From the NCBI GenBank assembly GCA_045640185.1, contig JAZUEN010000045.1, forward strand, positions 1,088 to 65,087: a stretch of DNA of 64,000 nucleotides, read 5' to 3'. This stretch comes from Bacteroidales bacterium. Lineage in GTDB: Bacteria; Bacteroidota; Bacteroidia; Bacteroidales; SZUA-534. Every line of letters starts with the position of its first letter. Position 1 is the stretch's first letter. Shown here one piece after another: positions 29,260-39,822 of this stretch. The notes under the pieces were generated by a model. It did no database searches, was not told the origin of the DNA, and was given only the letters and a program-made list of their open reading frames with translations. The translations under genes and the position numbers were made by a program.

Positions 29260-30090
29260 ATGAAAAAACTTTATCTTTTAAGCGCAGTTGCTTGCTTGTT
29301 CGCTTTCAATGCAAATGCTACTAACACTTGGTTTGCTAGTGGTGGTGCTACTGACGAAGGAACTTTCTCTATGGAACAAGTTTCTGGCACATTGGCTACT
29401 CAATGCCCAGTTGCAAAAGTTGTAGTTTCAAAAGCAGGTGCAGCTGGTGACCCATGGGCAGTTCAATTCTGCAACGTTCTTCACGAGGCTGCAAAAGGTC
29501 AAGCTGATGGTAACGCCATCAAAATCGAGTTCGAAGTTTTGTATGCAGGTGCATCTACAGAAGGAACTTCTCTTGCTTTCTTGACTGGTAAAATGCAAGA
29601 CGAAACAGGTGCAACATTGCACGATGATTGGCAGTGGGGTGACAACACCGAAATTACTGGTGTAGAAGGTGCTCCTAACAGCTGCATAAACATTACTTAC
29701 CCAGTATCTGCTACAGAGTGGACCAAGATTTCACTTGAAGGTACAATCGGTGCATGTGGTGCAGATTATATCGGCATCCAGATCAACCTTGGTGGCAATG
29801 CCGCTAACGAAGGTACATTCTTCTTCAAGAACTTCAACATCACTATGAAGAAAGACGTTCTTACATTCTTCGAAGACAAGGGTACCGCTATCGCTGAAGA
29901 AGCTGCTGTAAACGCATTTGTTGCAAATGACGTACTTTACGTTTCTGAAGCTAGCGACGTTGTTATCTTCAATGTAAACGGTGTTGCTGTTAAGAGCGCA
30001 AAGAACGCTAACAGCGTTAACGTAAGCGACCTTAAGGCTGGTCTTTACATTGCTAAGGTTGGTAACAACACTATCAAGTTTGTAAAATAA
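29260..30090 (+). CDS. Secreted protein with T9SS type-A-like C-terminal sorting domain, possible carbohydrate-binding module
   Basis: Signal peptide; C-terminus IFNVNGVAVK...VSDLKAGLYIAKV...IKFVK; strongly biased codons (gct/ggt/aac). Confidence 0.8.
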   Translation: MKKLYLLSAVACLFAFNANATNTWFASGGATDEGTFSMEQVSGTLATQCPVAKVVVSKAGAAGDPWAVQFCNVLHEAAKGQADGNAIKIEFEVLYAGASTEGTSLAFLTGKMQDETGATLHDDWQWGDNTEITGVEGAPNSCINITYPVSATEWTKISLEGTIGACGADYIGIQINLGGNAANEGTFFFKNFNITMKKDVLTFFEDKGTAIAEEAAVNAFVANDVLYVSEASDVVIFNVNGVAVKSAKNANSVNVSDLKAGLYIAKVGNNTIKFVK

Positions 30091-30117
30091 ATAAACAAGC
30101 ATAGCTAGCTGGATTTT

Positions 30118-30148
30118 GGGGCTATCCTAAGGGTAGCCCCTTTTTTTT
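30118..30148 (+). terminator. Intrinsic terminator
   Basis: ggggctatcc-taa-gggtagcccc followed by T8. Confidence 0.88.
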
Positions 30149-30654
30149 GCCCTATTGCGAGTGGCAAATAGTTTTGAACCGATAGTTTTCGCAAGCCTAC
30201 AATACCCAAAGCAAAATGCCGTCCTGGCCCTACCCCATATCAATAAATTCCTTACCATGAATGGTCAGGCATGATATTGCTCATTAATTCCTATATGTAC
30301 TATGTCTGGGCCAAAATTTAAGTATAAAAGCAACTATAGCGACAAGCAACCATACTTGGCTCATTCAACACACGGATGCGTAACACCACAACACACCGCG
30401 TTTGGCAATTACACATGGCGGATACCATACGGAAAACCAATTTCTCCATTCATCAGAATGGAACCTTTATGATATTCATGTGTACCCCCCATCATAAGGC
30501 AACATTTCGTTTAAACATACCAATTATCTTCTATGGTGAAAACGATTCATTGTCGCTTATACAAAGCGTAGCCCCGCTTGCCATACGCTTGCCTTGTGCT
30601 ATTTATGCAGGTTGCATTTTCAGGACGCAGAAAGTATCACAACAGGCTCTTGGG

Positions 30655-30688
30655 AAAAAAAAAAGCCCCAGCATCTATGCTGAGGCTT
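30655..30688 (-). terminator. Intrinsic terminator of glycogen operon
   Basis: aagccccagcat / atgctgaggctt preceded by A10 on the + strand. Confidence 0.8.
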
Positions 30689-30708
30689 ACGTATAAATAG
30701 TGCAGATA

Positions 30709-33700
30709 TTAAATCCAGCGCAACAAAGGAAGATCCTGGCGATGTGGCAGATCGGCATGCTTTGCAAACAATCTTACGCCGTAATCATAAGACCCCGGAT
30801 GGTCGAGTTTGAAATCTATTTCAAAGAATGCCATTGAGTTTACATTCTTAACAAATTTCAATTCCTTACGTTCCAGCAGTTTAGTGCAATCTTGATACAT
30901 TATCACCATTTCAACACCAACATCATTGATATCCATATTCTTTATATCAAGGACAACTTCGCCATGGTAATTTTGTCCAGCCTTGAACTCTGTCTTTATT
31001 GTACTAGGGAAATCAACAGAAACAATCTCAATCTTATCCCAATTTTCATAAATCTTGTTTTTCCAACGAGACAAAGAACGAGCCAAATCGAAGTTGTTGG
31101 CTATGACCTTGCTGCTACGTACAAACAATGGAGTGTAATACTTGTTGATATAGTCGTCAAGCATACGTTTGGTTGTGAAATGAGGTGCGATGCCTGCAAT
31201 TGAGCGTTTGATGTATTGTACCCATTCTGTTGGTATGCCAAATGCATTACGAGAATAGAACAATGGTATGATTTCATTTTCAAGGATACTATAGATAGAA
31301 GCCGCATCCAGTTCATTCTGGAACTGATGGTTTTGATAAGTCTGCTCCTGAGGAAGAGCCCAACCTGCCTTTTCCTTATAGCCTTCAACCCACCATCCGT
31401 CAAGTACGCTGAAGTTCAGCACACCATTCATTTCAGCCTTCTGTCCACTGGTACCGCTGGCCTCAAGTGGGCGTGTCGGGTTATTCAACCATACATCGAC
31501 ACCACGAACCAATCGTTTTGCAAGATCCATATCGTAATTTTCAAGGAACAAGATCTTACCTACGAATTCAGGACGACGCGATATCTCGACAATATTCTTA
31601 ATCAGGTCTTGGCCTGCCTTGTCGTGTGGGTGAGCCTTACCTGCAAACAGGAATTGCACCGGACGTTGCGGATCGTTGACAATTTTAGCCAGACGGTCAA
31701 TATCGCTGAACAACAAATGCGCACGTTTGTATGTGGCGAAACGACGAGCAAAACCGATTGTAAGAGTATGTTCATTAATCTTGCTCAAAGTCTCGACAAC
31801 ATACTTTGGACTTTCGTGGCGCATAATCGAGCTCTTTTCGAAACGAGTCTTTACGTAGTCGATCAACTTTTTACGCAATTGATTACGCAAGTCCCAAATG
31901 ACGCCATCCTGAACATCAAATATCTTCTCCCAATATTTAGTGTTTGACTGATCCTGCATGAAGCCATCGCCAAAAGTGTTCTCATACAAACGGCGCCATT
32001 CTTTTGCCGCCCACGTTGGCATATGCACGCCATTGGTGACATAGTTGATGTATAGCTCATTAGTTGAGAATCCTGGCCACATATACTTGAACATGTCTTT
32101 TGTGACATCGCCATGCAACATGCTCACACCATTCATTTCCTGTGAAGTGCGAGTTGCCAACACACTCATTGAGAATTTGCCATCAGGAGCCAATCCCAAG
32201 TTCATAAACGTATCCCAATCAACCTTCAACCGTTCAGGAACTGGGCGCAAATAAGTGCGAATCATTTGCTGGTCAAAAGCATCGTGGCCGGCAGGGACTG
32301 GTGTATGTGTGGTAAACAATGATGATGCACGGACAACTTCCAATGCCTCGTTGAATGTCAAGTTTTCATGCTGAACATAGTCTGACAGACGTTCAACGTT
32401 AATCATTGCGGCATGTCCTTCGTTGCAGTGGAATACGTTTGGCTTAATGTTCATTGCCTTTAAGGCACGGATACCGCCCAAGCCAAGCAGCATTTCCTGC
32501 TTTAGACGATTTTCCCAATCACCGCCATATAGCTGCTGAGTGATTGCGCGATCTTCAGGGCTGTTCTCTGGGCATTCCGTATCAAGAAGATACAATGGAA
32601 CACGTCCAACCTGCACCTTCCATATTCTAGCAAGGACCATACGTCCGGGCAAATTTAAAGAAATCGTCAATGGACGCTTAAATTCATCTAGAACTGCGGA
32701 AATAGGCAGATTATCCATATCCTGAGGGATAAGGCTTGCCTGCTGTTCGCCGGAAACTGTCAGTTCCTGAGTAAAATAGCCATATTTATAAAGGAATCCG
32801 ATACCAACCATTGGCATATTGGAATCGCTGGCCTCCTTAAGATAGTCGCCTGCCAAAATACCCAAACCGCCTGAGAATATTTTCAGGTTGTCGGTCAAGC
32901 CATACTCCATGCTGAAATAGCCTACCAATGGCATATCAGTACGTGGGCTGACACTCATATATTCAGCAAAGTTCTTCGAAACCCTGTCGAATTTTGCCAA
33001 GAATGCCGTATCGTTTTCCAATTCTGTCAAACGCGCTGTAGAAACAACCTTCAACAAGGCAATTGGGTTCTTTTCACATTTTTTCCATAATTCAGGGTCG
33101 ATGTATTTAAACATCTCGATAGCCTCGTAATTCCAACACCACCAAAGGTTATTCGCAAGTTTATCCAAATTTTTCAGTCTTTCAGGAAGATCTGAATGAA
33201 TAACCATTTTCTTCCAAATTGGTTCGTTACTCATAAGTTTTTGTCTATTATTATTTAAGTTGTTATTTGTTTGTATTGCTTGTTCTTCTGATGCACGCAT
33301 CAACGAAAGGGTTAATGCCTTCTCATAAATGTCGGTGTAATAGTGGAACAGATTGTCCCAACTGATTTCCTTAGAGAGATCTTTAGCCTTTTTGCGAAGT
33401 TTTGCCCTATCGATAATTGACAATCCGTATACACTGTCAATGATACTTGCCAAATTGTCAACCACCTCCCAATAGTTGTCTTCTGTCCTGTTCAGTACGG
33501 CAATGCCATCATGGATTCCTTCGGTTTTCTTAAGCATCCATTGACCGAAGCCTGCCAAATTTGTGGTAACTGTAGGCACGCCGACAACGATACTCTCAAG
33601 AGGCGTATATCCCCAAGGTTCATAATATGAAGGGAATGCTGTCAAATCGAAGCCACTTAACAGGCTATAGTATGGCATGTTGAATATGCCATCATTGCCA

Positions 33701-34917
33701 TTCAGATAGACCGGAACCAATATGATGTTCACATTCTGCCCTAAGTTGTTGTACAACTTCAGCTGATGGGCCTTGTCAATAACCGGATCGTAATAATCCG
33801 GATTTAGGGAATGTGTGGTTATACGGTCATCTGGGATGAGGGCATTGGCGTCGGACAACCGGTCTTGCAGGCATTTGCGTGGTCCGTAGTTGTTGTTTGG
33901 AACCAAAACGAAGCCGACAATGCCGTGCTTGTACTTGTTCTTTTCGTTCAGCTTTCCAAGCGCGTCGACAAAGATGTCAATACCCTTGTTTTTGAATTCA
34001 TATCTACCTGAGATAGCCACAAATAATGTATCATCGTCGCATTTATTGCCAGTCAGAGCCTCTGCCACTTCAGCCAATCTCTTTCTTGCGTTTTGTGCGA
34101 CATCAGCGCCCATTGGTGGCAAATGATTAAGTGTGAAGCCGTTGGGTGTAACCGTATCTGGTTCGTTATTCAATAGGATTTTGCACTCGTTGGCCGTGAC
34201 CTTACTGACTGTAGTGTAGACGGAAGCGACATTGGCGGCAGTCTTTTCAATAGAATGCTTTGCCATGACACCGAGCTCACGAGCTCGCGAATCCGGATCA
34301 AAAGAGCCGAGGCTCTTATACAACGGATAGCCATTTCCTGCCACCGAACGACCTAATACTGTTGCATGAGTAGTGAATACGGTAGCAACTTGCGGGCAAG
34401 CCTTATCGAGATAAAGCACGCCTGCGGCAGTCTGCCATTCGTGGAACTGTGCCACTATAGGCAAATCATGCATATAGAATTTTCGATAGCTCTCAATAAC
34501 CTTGCCTGCGGCATAGCCGAACAATACAGACTCGACATACTCCCATTCTCCTGTAATTGAATCGAGTTTATATGTTTCCCACCACGAAGCGAACAGTTTG
34601 TCCTTCTGTGGTATGAAAACGGTATAATCGACCAATATTGCAATAGGTTTGTGAGCGACATTCCAGCGACCAATCTTCAGCCTAAGGCCTTCTTCTTCCG
34701 CCACTTTTTTCCAATCTGCCTTCAGGCTTTTGTCTTCAATGAACTCCGGATTGGCACCTTCTTTCACCAAGTCAGGACCAATAAAAGCCATGTTGTCGCC
34801 GTATTCGGCATACTCATTGGGCAACTTTGACGTAATTACGGTGTGTATGCCACCCACCTTATTACAAACCTCCCAGCTTGTCTCAAACAAGAAACCTGGT
34901 TTTATGGAATCTTTCAT
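30709..34917 (-). CDS. glgP: Fused GT3 glycogen synthase + GT35 alpha-glucan phosphorylase
   Basis: N half: FETSWEVCNKVGGIHTV, YYEPWGYTPLE. C half: YFSMEYG, SGGLGILAGD, ARRFATYKR, EASGTSGQK. Confidence 0.92.
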   Translation of the reverse strand: MKDSIKPGFLFETSWEVCNKVGGIHTVITSKLPNEYAEYGDNMAFIGPDLVKEGANPEFIEDKSLKADWKKVAEEEGLRLKIGRWNVAHKPIAILVDYTVFIPQKDKLFASWWETYKLDSITGEWEYVESVLFGYAAGKVIESYRKFYMHDLPIVAQFHEWQTAAGVLYLDKACPQVATVFTTHATVLGRSVAGNGYPLYKSLGSFDPDSRARELGVMAKHSIEKTAANVASVYTTVSKVTANECKILLNNEPDTVTPNGFTLNHLPPMGADVAQNARKRLAEVAEALTGNKCDDDTLFVAISGRYEFKNKGIDIFVDALGKLNEKNKYKHGIVGFVLVPNNNYGPRKCLQDRLSDANALIPDDRITTHSLNPDYYDPVIDKAHQLKLYNNLGQNVNIILVPVYLNGNDGIFNMPYYSLLSGFDLTAFPSYYEPWGYTPLESIVVGVPTVTTNLAGFGQWMLKKTEGIHDGIAVLNRTEDNYWEVVDNLASIIDSVYGLSIIDRAKLRKKAKDLSKEISWDNLFHYYTDIYEKALTLSLMRASEEQAIQTNNNLNNNRQKLMSNEPIWKKMVIHSDLPERLKNLDKLANNLWWCWNYEAIEMFKYIDPELWKKCEKNPIALLKVVSTARLTELENDTAFLAKFDRVSKNFAEYMSVSPRTDMPLVGYFSMEYGLTDNLKIFSGGLGILAGDYLKEASDSNMPMVGIGFLYKYGYFTQELTVSGEQQASLIPQDMDNLPISAVLDEFKRPLTISLNLPGRMVLARIWKVQVGRVPLYLLDTECPENSPEDRAITQQLYGGDWENRLKQEMLLGLGGIRALKAMNIKPNVFHCNEGHAAMINVERLSDYVQHENLTFNEALEVVRASSLFTTHTPVPAGHDAFDQQMIRTYLRPVPERLKVDWDTFMNLGLAPDGKFSMSVLATRTSQEMNGVSMLHGDVTKDMFKYMWPGFSTNELYINYVTNGVHMPTWAAKEWRRLYENTFGDGFMQDQSNTKYWEKIFDVQDGVIWDLRNQLRKKLIDYVKTRFEKSSIMRHESPKYVVETLSKINEHTLTIGFARRFATYKRAHLLFSDIDRLAKIVNDPQRPVQFLFAGKAHPHDKAGQDLIKNIVEISRRPEFVGKILFLENYDMDLAKRLVRGVDVWLNNPTRPLEASGTSGQKAEMNGVLNFSVLDGWWVEGYKEKAGWALPQEQTYQNHQFQNELDAASIYSILENEIIPLFYSRNAFGIPTEWVQYIKRSIAGIAPHFTTKRMLDDYINKYYTPLFVRSSKVIANNFDLARSLSRWKNKIYENWDKIEIVSVDFPSTIKTEFKAGQNYHGEVVLDIKNMDINDVGVEMVIMYQDCTKLLERKELKFVKNVNSMAFFEIDFKLDHPGSYDYGVRLFAKHADLPHRQDLPLLRWI

Positions 34918-34934
34918 TTACAGAAAATTAAATT

Positions 34935-36227
34935 CTACTTCTGTTCTGTTTTTGCTTTTTTAGGCTTTGACTTCAGTTTTTTGATTTCTGCTTGTTGTTC
35001 AAGCACCATTTCCTGCAATTTTTCGACATCACGGCAAGTACGTATTTCCGAATCAGGCAGAGCCTTGTTGACACGTAGCGTGAAATCAGTAAGTACGTTC
35101 ATGTAATTGATAAATGCGTCGTATGGTGTCTTGTAAGGGTTGAAATAAGCATGAACCTCGCCATCGCTGAACCACTTTGTCGACATATAGTAGAAATGGT
35201 CGCTAGTCTGCAAATACTCCCAATCCTGAAGAATCTGCGGATCTTTAATCAATGCTATCTTGTCAGTAAGTGCGTATAGCTTGCTGAACGCCTCATTCTG
35301 CATATTATTGCCAAGCCAAGCAGTAATGTCACGTTCCTCATCGGCCCATGAAATTGGGTATGGCACATTGATGGCCGCAACCGGCTGAACGTTCTTTATA
35401 ATAGTTGAAGGTGTCGCGAAACGGAAATCGGTCTGGTTGAGCACTGCACTTGGCAGATGCTCAATGAATTGGAATATGCCAGTGCCGGCATCCTGATGCT
35501 CGCCAAATGTTTCGTAATCCATAAACAAATTGACTACCTCTTCCTTATCTGTGACCTCGTTAAGTTTTGCCGCATAAGATTCTGCAGTCCAATTCTTTGC
35601 ACAGAAACGGAATGATATATCATCGCTCAACATATAGTTACGGAGCAAAAGTTTCAGTTGTGGTTCCTTTGCATTATAATACAAAAAGTTAGGCGATTTC
35701 CATCCTAAAATATGCTTTGCGCCTTCGGTAAGCATACCCTTATATCCCATCTTGTAAATAGCAGCCCCAACTTCATCGGAATAAATCAACTCAGTATTGC
35801 GGAACACTTTAGGCTTCTGACCGAACAGCTTTTCGATTTTTGCAGAATGTTCCTTCACTTGCTTTTTCATCACCTCCAAATTGGACTGTGATGCCAAAGA
35901 ATGCGAATATGTTTCTGCCAAGAATTCAACTTGGCCAGTCTTTGCCAAACGTTGGAAACTCTCTATGACCTCTGGCGCATACAGCTCGAATTGGTCAAGA
36001 GCAATGCCAGTGATTGAAAAAGTAACCTTGAAGTTACGGCCGTGCTTTTCTATAAGTCTGAGCAACAATTCGTTAGTTGGCAAATAGCAATTTTGTGCCA
36101 CTTTTTGCAGAATAGACTCATTCAAATAGTCATCATAATAATAATGGTCGCTACCGATATCGAAAAATGAATATTTACGGAATCGGAATGGTTGATGAAC
36201 CTGAAAATAAAGGCATAAATGCTTCAT
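34935..36227 (-). CDS. Glycoside hydrolase family 57 (alpha-amylase-like)
   Basis: FQVHQP, FRNTELIY, DYETFGEHQ, SWADEERD, QTSDHFYYM. Confidence 0.92.
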   Translation of the reverse strand: MKHLCLYFQVHQPFRFRKYSFFDIGSDHYYYDDYLNESILQKVAQNCYLPTNELLLRLIEKHGRNFKVTFSITGIALDQFELYAPEVIESFQRLAKTGQVEFLAETYSHSLASQSNLEVMKKQVKEHSAKIEKLFGQKPKVFRNTELIYSDEVGAAIYKMGYKGMLTEGAKHILGWKSPNFLYYNAKEPQLKLLLRNYMLSDDISFRFCAKNWTAESYAAKLNEVTDKEEVVNLFMDYETFGEHQDAGTGIFQFIEHLPSAVLNQTDFRFATPSTIIKNVQPVAAINVPYPISWADEERDITAWLGNNMQNEAFSKLYALTDKIALIKDPQILQDWEYLQTSDHFYYMSTKWFSDGEVHAYFNPYKTPYDAFINYMNVLTDFTLRVNKALPDSEIRTCRDVEKLQEMVLEQQAEIKKLKSKPKKAKTEQK

Positions 36228-36246
36228 AGTTCTACTTTTTATGAGG

Positions 36247-37536
36247 TTACTTTTCTAATACTGATTTATAAACATTGTAAACGTGCTTTGCCGACTCTTC
36301 CCAACGTAAGCTGTTGGCTTCTTTCAAACCATTTTCGCCAATAGTCTGGGCCAGCGAAGGATAGTTAAGCAAGGCATATATGGCGTTAGCCATCTTATCG
36401 ATATCCCAGAAATCAATCTTAATGGCGTGTTTCAGGATCTCGCTGACACCCGACTGCTTTGAGATGATGACAGGGACACCAGATTGCATTGCCTCAAGCG
36501 GAGAAATGCCAAACGGCTCTGATACAGACGGCATAATATACACATCGCTATAGTTGAACATGCGGAACACGGCATCACCACGCAAGAATCCTGTAAAATG
36601 GAACTTGTCCATTATACCAAGACTTGCCGCACGCTCTATCATCTTGTTCATCATATCGCCGCTACCTGCCATGACGAAACGTACGTTATCCATGCGCTTA
36701 AGCACCTTGTAGGCAGCCTCGATGAAGAACTCAGGGCCTTTCTGCATTGTGATGCGTCCAAGGAATGTCACGACTTTCTCATCGAAACCTTTCTTTTGCT
36801 TGTTCAATGCTTTCAGGTTTGGCTCAACTGCATTGTAAACAGTCACCACCTTGTCTGGCGATTGCCCGTATTTATTTATGACGATGTCACGAGTAAGATT
36901 GCTGACGGTAATTGCGCGATCAGCGGCATCAAGGCCAGCACGCTCAATATTGTACACTGCCGGATTTACGCTACCGCCACTGCGGTCGAAATCAGTTGCA
37001 TGGACGTGAACGACAAGAGGCTTGCCTGACACACGTTTTGCAGCCATTCCTGCAGGATATGCCAACCAATCGTGTGCGTGGATAATGTCAAAGTCGTACA
37101 TTGTCGCAATCTGCTCGGCAATTAGACTATAATAGTATATTTCCTGGAACAAATTATCGCCATACTTACCTGTAAATGGAATGCATCCCGACTCGCCTAC
37201 TTCAACAAAATGCTTGCTGCTGTAGCGTTTGTCGCTTTTCAAAGAATAGAATTCCTCTGGTGTCGAATATGGGACCAAATTTGAGCCAACCTCAAGATAT
37301 TCAAGGTTACGAATCTGATTTGAATGATACTCGGCTCTTGTAATTTTCAATGGGATATTACCGGCCCCGACTAGTTTGATAGCCTCTTGATCCTCATCGC
37401 CATACGCCTTAGGAACGACAAAGATGACCTCGAGATCTTCTATCTTCGACATTCCTTTGGTAAGACCGTAACAAGCGGTACCCAAGCCTCCGGAAATGTG
37501 AGGTGGAAATTCCCAACCGAACATTAATACTTTCAT
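36247..37536 (-). CDS. GT4 family glycosyltransferase (glycogen cluster)
   Basis: WEFPPHISGGLG, HAHDW, EPFGISPLEA. Confidence 0.9.
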   Translation of the reverse strand: MKVLMFGWEFPPHISGGLGTACYGLTKGMSKIEDLEVIFVVPKAYGDEDQEAIKLVGAGNIPLKITRAEYHSNQIRNLEYLEVGSNLVPYSTPEEFYSLKSDKRYSSKHFVEVGESGCIPFTGKYGDNLFQEIYYYSLIAEQIATMYDFDIIHAHDWLAYPAGMAAKRVSGKPLVVHVHATDFDRSGGSVNPAVYNIERAGLDAADRAITVSNLTRDIVINKYGQSPDKVVTVYNAVEPNLKALNKQKKGFDEKVVTFLGRITMQKGPEFFIEAAYKVLKRMDNVRFVMAGSGDMMNKMIERAASLGIMDKFHFTGFLRGDAVFRMFNYSDVYIMPSVSEPFGISPLEAMQSGVPVIISKQSGVSEILKHAIKIDFWDIDKMANAIYALLNYPSLAQTIGENGLKEANSLRWEESAKHVYNVYKSVLEK

Positions 37537-37559
37537 TATACTCTGCGTTAATTGTTATT

Positions 37560-39512
37560 CTAAACTTCTTCGGTAGCCGCGGCAGCATCGACAATGCGCT
37601 TCAGATGCAGCATTGCCGCCGTGCTCATGGCAAACGATATCGCGCCTTTGCCGTGATATGGAGGATCGCCATGATACAATTCCGATATGCAACAAATGCC
37701 TGCTGTTGTCATTTCCGCCTCAAATGTATCAAGGAACTTCTCGGCAGCCGACACTACAAGGCGTGGCTGTATTTTTGCAAGGGCATCGACATATACAGCA
37801 TAAAGCCATGGCCATGCAGAACCATTGTAGGCGGCATACTCGCGCTGATCCTGATTGCCACGGTAATGCGACACGTAACGAGGATCGCTTGGCGACAGAG
37901 AACGTATGCCGTAGGCTGTCATCAGTTGTTCCTCGACAATTCGCAAGACTGACTTTATCTGATGCTTGTCGAGCATTGAATAGTCGAGGGCGCACGCTAT
38001 CAACTGATTTGGCCTAACCTGGGCATTGGTCTCGCTATATGTGACATAGTCTGCCAAATACCCACGTTCCTCATTCCAAAACGTTGCGACGAAACTGTTT
38101 TTCAGTTTTTCGGCAAGCGCTTCCCACTTTTTGCCGAAGGTCTTGTCGCTTGTAGTCTTGCATTTACCCAATGCGTACATTATCGCATTATACCACAAAG
38201 CGTTGGTTTCGACAGCATAGCCATTTCGAGGCAGTACTGGACGTCCTTGAATTGTAGAGTTCATCCAAGTGTTTGGTATTGAGTCGAAAATATTGTAAAT
38301 CATGCCATTTTCATCGATGCGGAAACATGTCGAGTGTTGCAAGTATCCGTTCAGTATCTTCTTCACATCCTTGCCGTACTCTTTCCAGATGTCGAACTCT
38401 GGATAATGCTTGTCGATTTGCTGGATACACCAAACCATCCACAATGGCACATCCGACTTGCAATCGGCATAGTCGGCGATATTGGTGCTTTCGTTCATCA
38501 AGCAGCTGCTCATTTGATTGAACAGGGTTGACAACACGCTTTTGTAGATTTTAGGGTTGTCGCTCTTGTATATCAAATCAGGCAACGAAATCAAGGCATC
38601 GCGTGAACGAGCCGGCAACCAAGGGTAGCCTGCCAAAATGCGGGTCTCCTTACCTTCGCACAGGTACAACTGCTCTGCACTATTGATAAGGCAGTTTTCG
38701 AAGCTGTTTCGAGGAACGCGATTGCTGACCTCGCTGTTGAATTTTGTCTTTAGCGTACGGGCGTTGACTTCACTCAAACCTGCCGACACTATTATACTTT
38801 CGCCTTTGGCGATTGTGGTCTCGAAATATCCGGGAACGAACAAATCCTCCTTGAAATCGTAGCCACGCTTCTGCTCAAGTATGTATTCGATATTGTAATA
38901 CCAATCGGGAGCCGAAACGAAATCACACTTTTTCGAGCATTGTATGAACAGATCAGGATAACCGTCATATAGGCAAGATGCGATGCCATTGTCGACAGCA
39001 CGGACTTTCGTGTTTGCGTCAAGATTTGCCTTGCTCAATGTGTGAATGTTGCGGAAGGCAAGAAATGGCTTAAAGCGTATTTTTGTCTGGCTGTGTGCAT
39101 CAAGCAAGGTGTATTTAATGAGGATACGAGGTTCACTGCTGACCAAAATCTTTTCCTTTGAAAGCACGACGCCACCCACACCATATATCAATGTCGGTAT
39201 TGGGTTAGTAATGAACTCAGTAACGTATTTGTGACCTTTTGGCTCATAGTTGTCGCCTTCGTATTTATGTAAAGCGAGATTAAACTCGTGGTCGTGCTGG
39301 ATGACAGTCTCGTCAAGTGACGATAGCAGTACGTGACGTCCTCCATCGACTTGAGGCAGCGGACAAACCAACAACCCATGATATTTACGGGTGTTACATC
39401 CAATCAGCGTGGTGCATGAGAATGAACCGGCGCGATTTGTCCTTAATACTTCCTTTGTCAATGAATTCTCAAGGTTTACAAGCTCCTTTTTGTTAAATTC
39501 AAGATAACTCAT
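37560..39512 (-). CDS. Glycogen debranching enzyme (amylo-alpha-1,6-glucosidase family)
   Basis: NTRKYHGLL, AGYPW, TWMNS...PRNGYAVETNALWYNA, RPNQL, AYNGSAWPW. Confidence 0.9.
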   Translation of the reverse strand: MSYLEFNKKELVNLENSLTKEVLRTNRAGSFSCTTLIGCNTRKYHGLLVCPLPQVDGGRHVLLSSLDETVIQHDHEFNLALHKYEGDNYEPKGHKYVTEFITNPIPTLIYGVGGVVLSKEKILVSSEPRILIKYTLLDAHSQTKIRFKPFLAFRNIHTLSKANLDANTKVRAVDNGIASCLYDGYPDLFIQCSKKCDFVSAPDWYYNIEYILEQKRGYDFKEDLFVPGYFETTIAKGESIIVSAGLSEVNARTLKTKFNSEVSNRVPRNSFENCLINSAEQLYLCEGKETRILAGYPWLPARSRDALISLPDLIYKSDNPKIYKSVLSTLFNQMSSCLMNESTNIADYADCKSDVPLWMVWCIQQIDKHYPEFDIWKEYGKDVKKILNGYLQHSTCFRIDENGMIYNIFDSIPNTWMNSTIQGRPVLPRNGYAVETNALWYNAIMYALGKCKTTSDKTFGKKWEALAEKLKNSFVATFWNEERGYLADYVTYSETNAQVRPNQLIACALDYSMLDKHQIKSVLRIVEEQLMTAYGIRSLSPSDPRYVSHYRGNQDQREYAAYNGSAWPWLYAVYVDALAKIQPRLVVSAAEKFLDTFEAEMTTAGICCISELYHGDPPYHGKGAISFAMSTAAMLHLKRIVDAAAATEEV

Positions 39513-39822
39513 CGTTCTGATGTTTTAGAAGAATTGACAATATTTTACGTTGAATCTACTTACAGTTTGATTTCAAAAAGCCAAGTTAAGCATAACTTTG
39601 GTTCTTTAAAAAAAGATTTGCAAAGAAACATAATTTTTTGCTAAAGATGAAGTTTGAGACAATTTGAAAAAACAGATTGTTGGCAGTCAGAAAACTGCGC
39701 TACTACTATTTTGCAGAAGAAATGAGCCGTTACGTGCAACTCGTAAAAGTTTCTGCCGGGGATAAAGAGACTGCTATTTAACGCGTATTTCTGTTCAACC
39801 GCACAAAAAAGCCAACATCATT

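Noticed and set aside
30376-30696. 106-aa ORF in the gap before the glycogen operon terminator
   Set aside because: It has no recognisable motif, runs through the terminator and A tract, and has atypical composition. Probably spurious.
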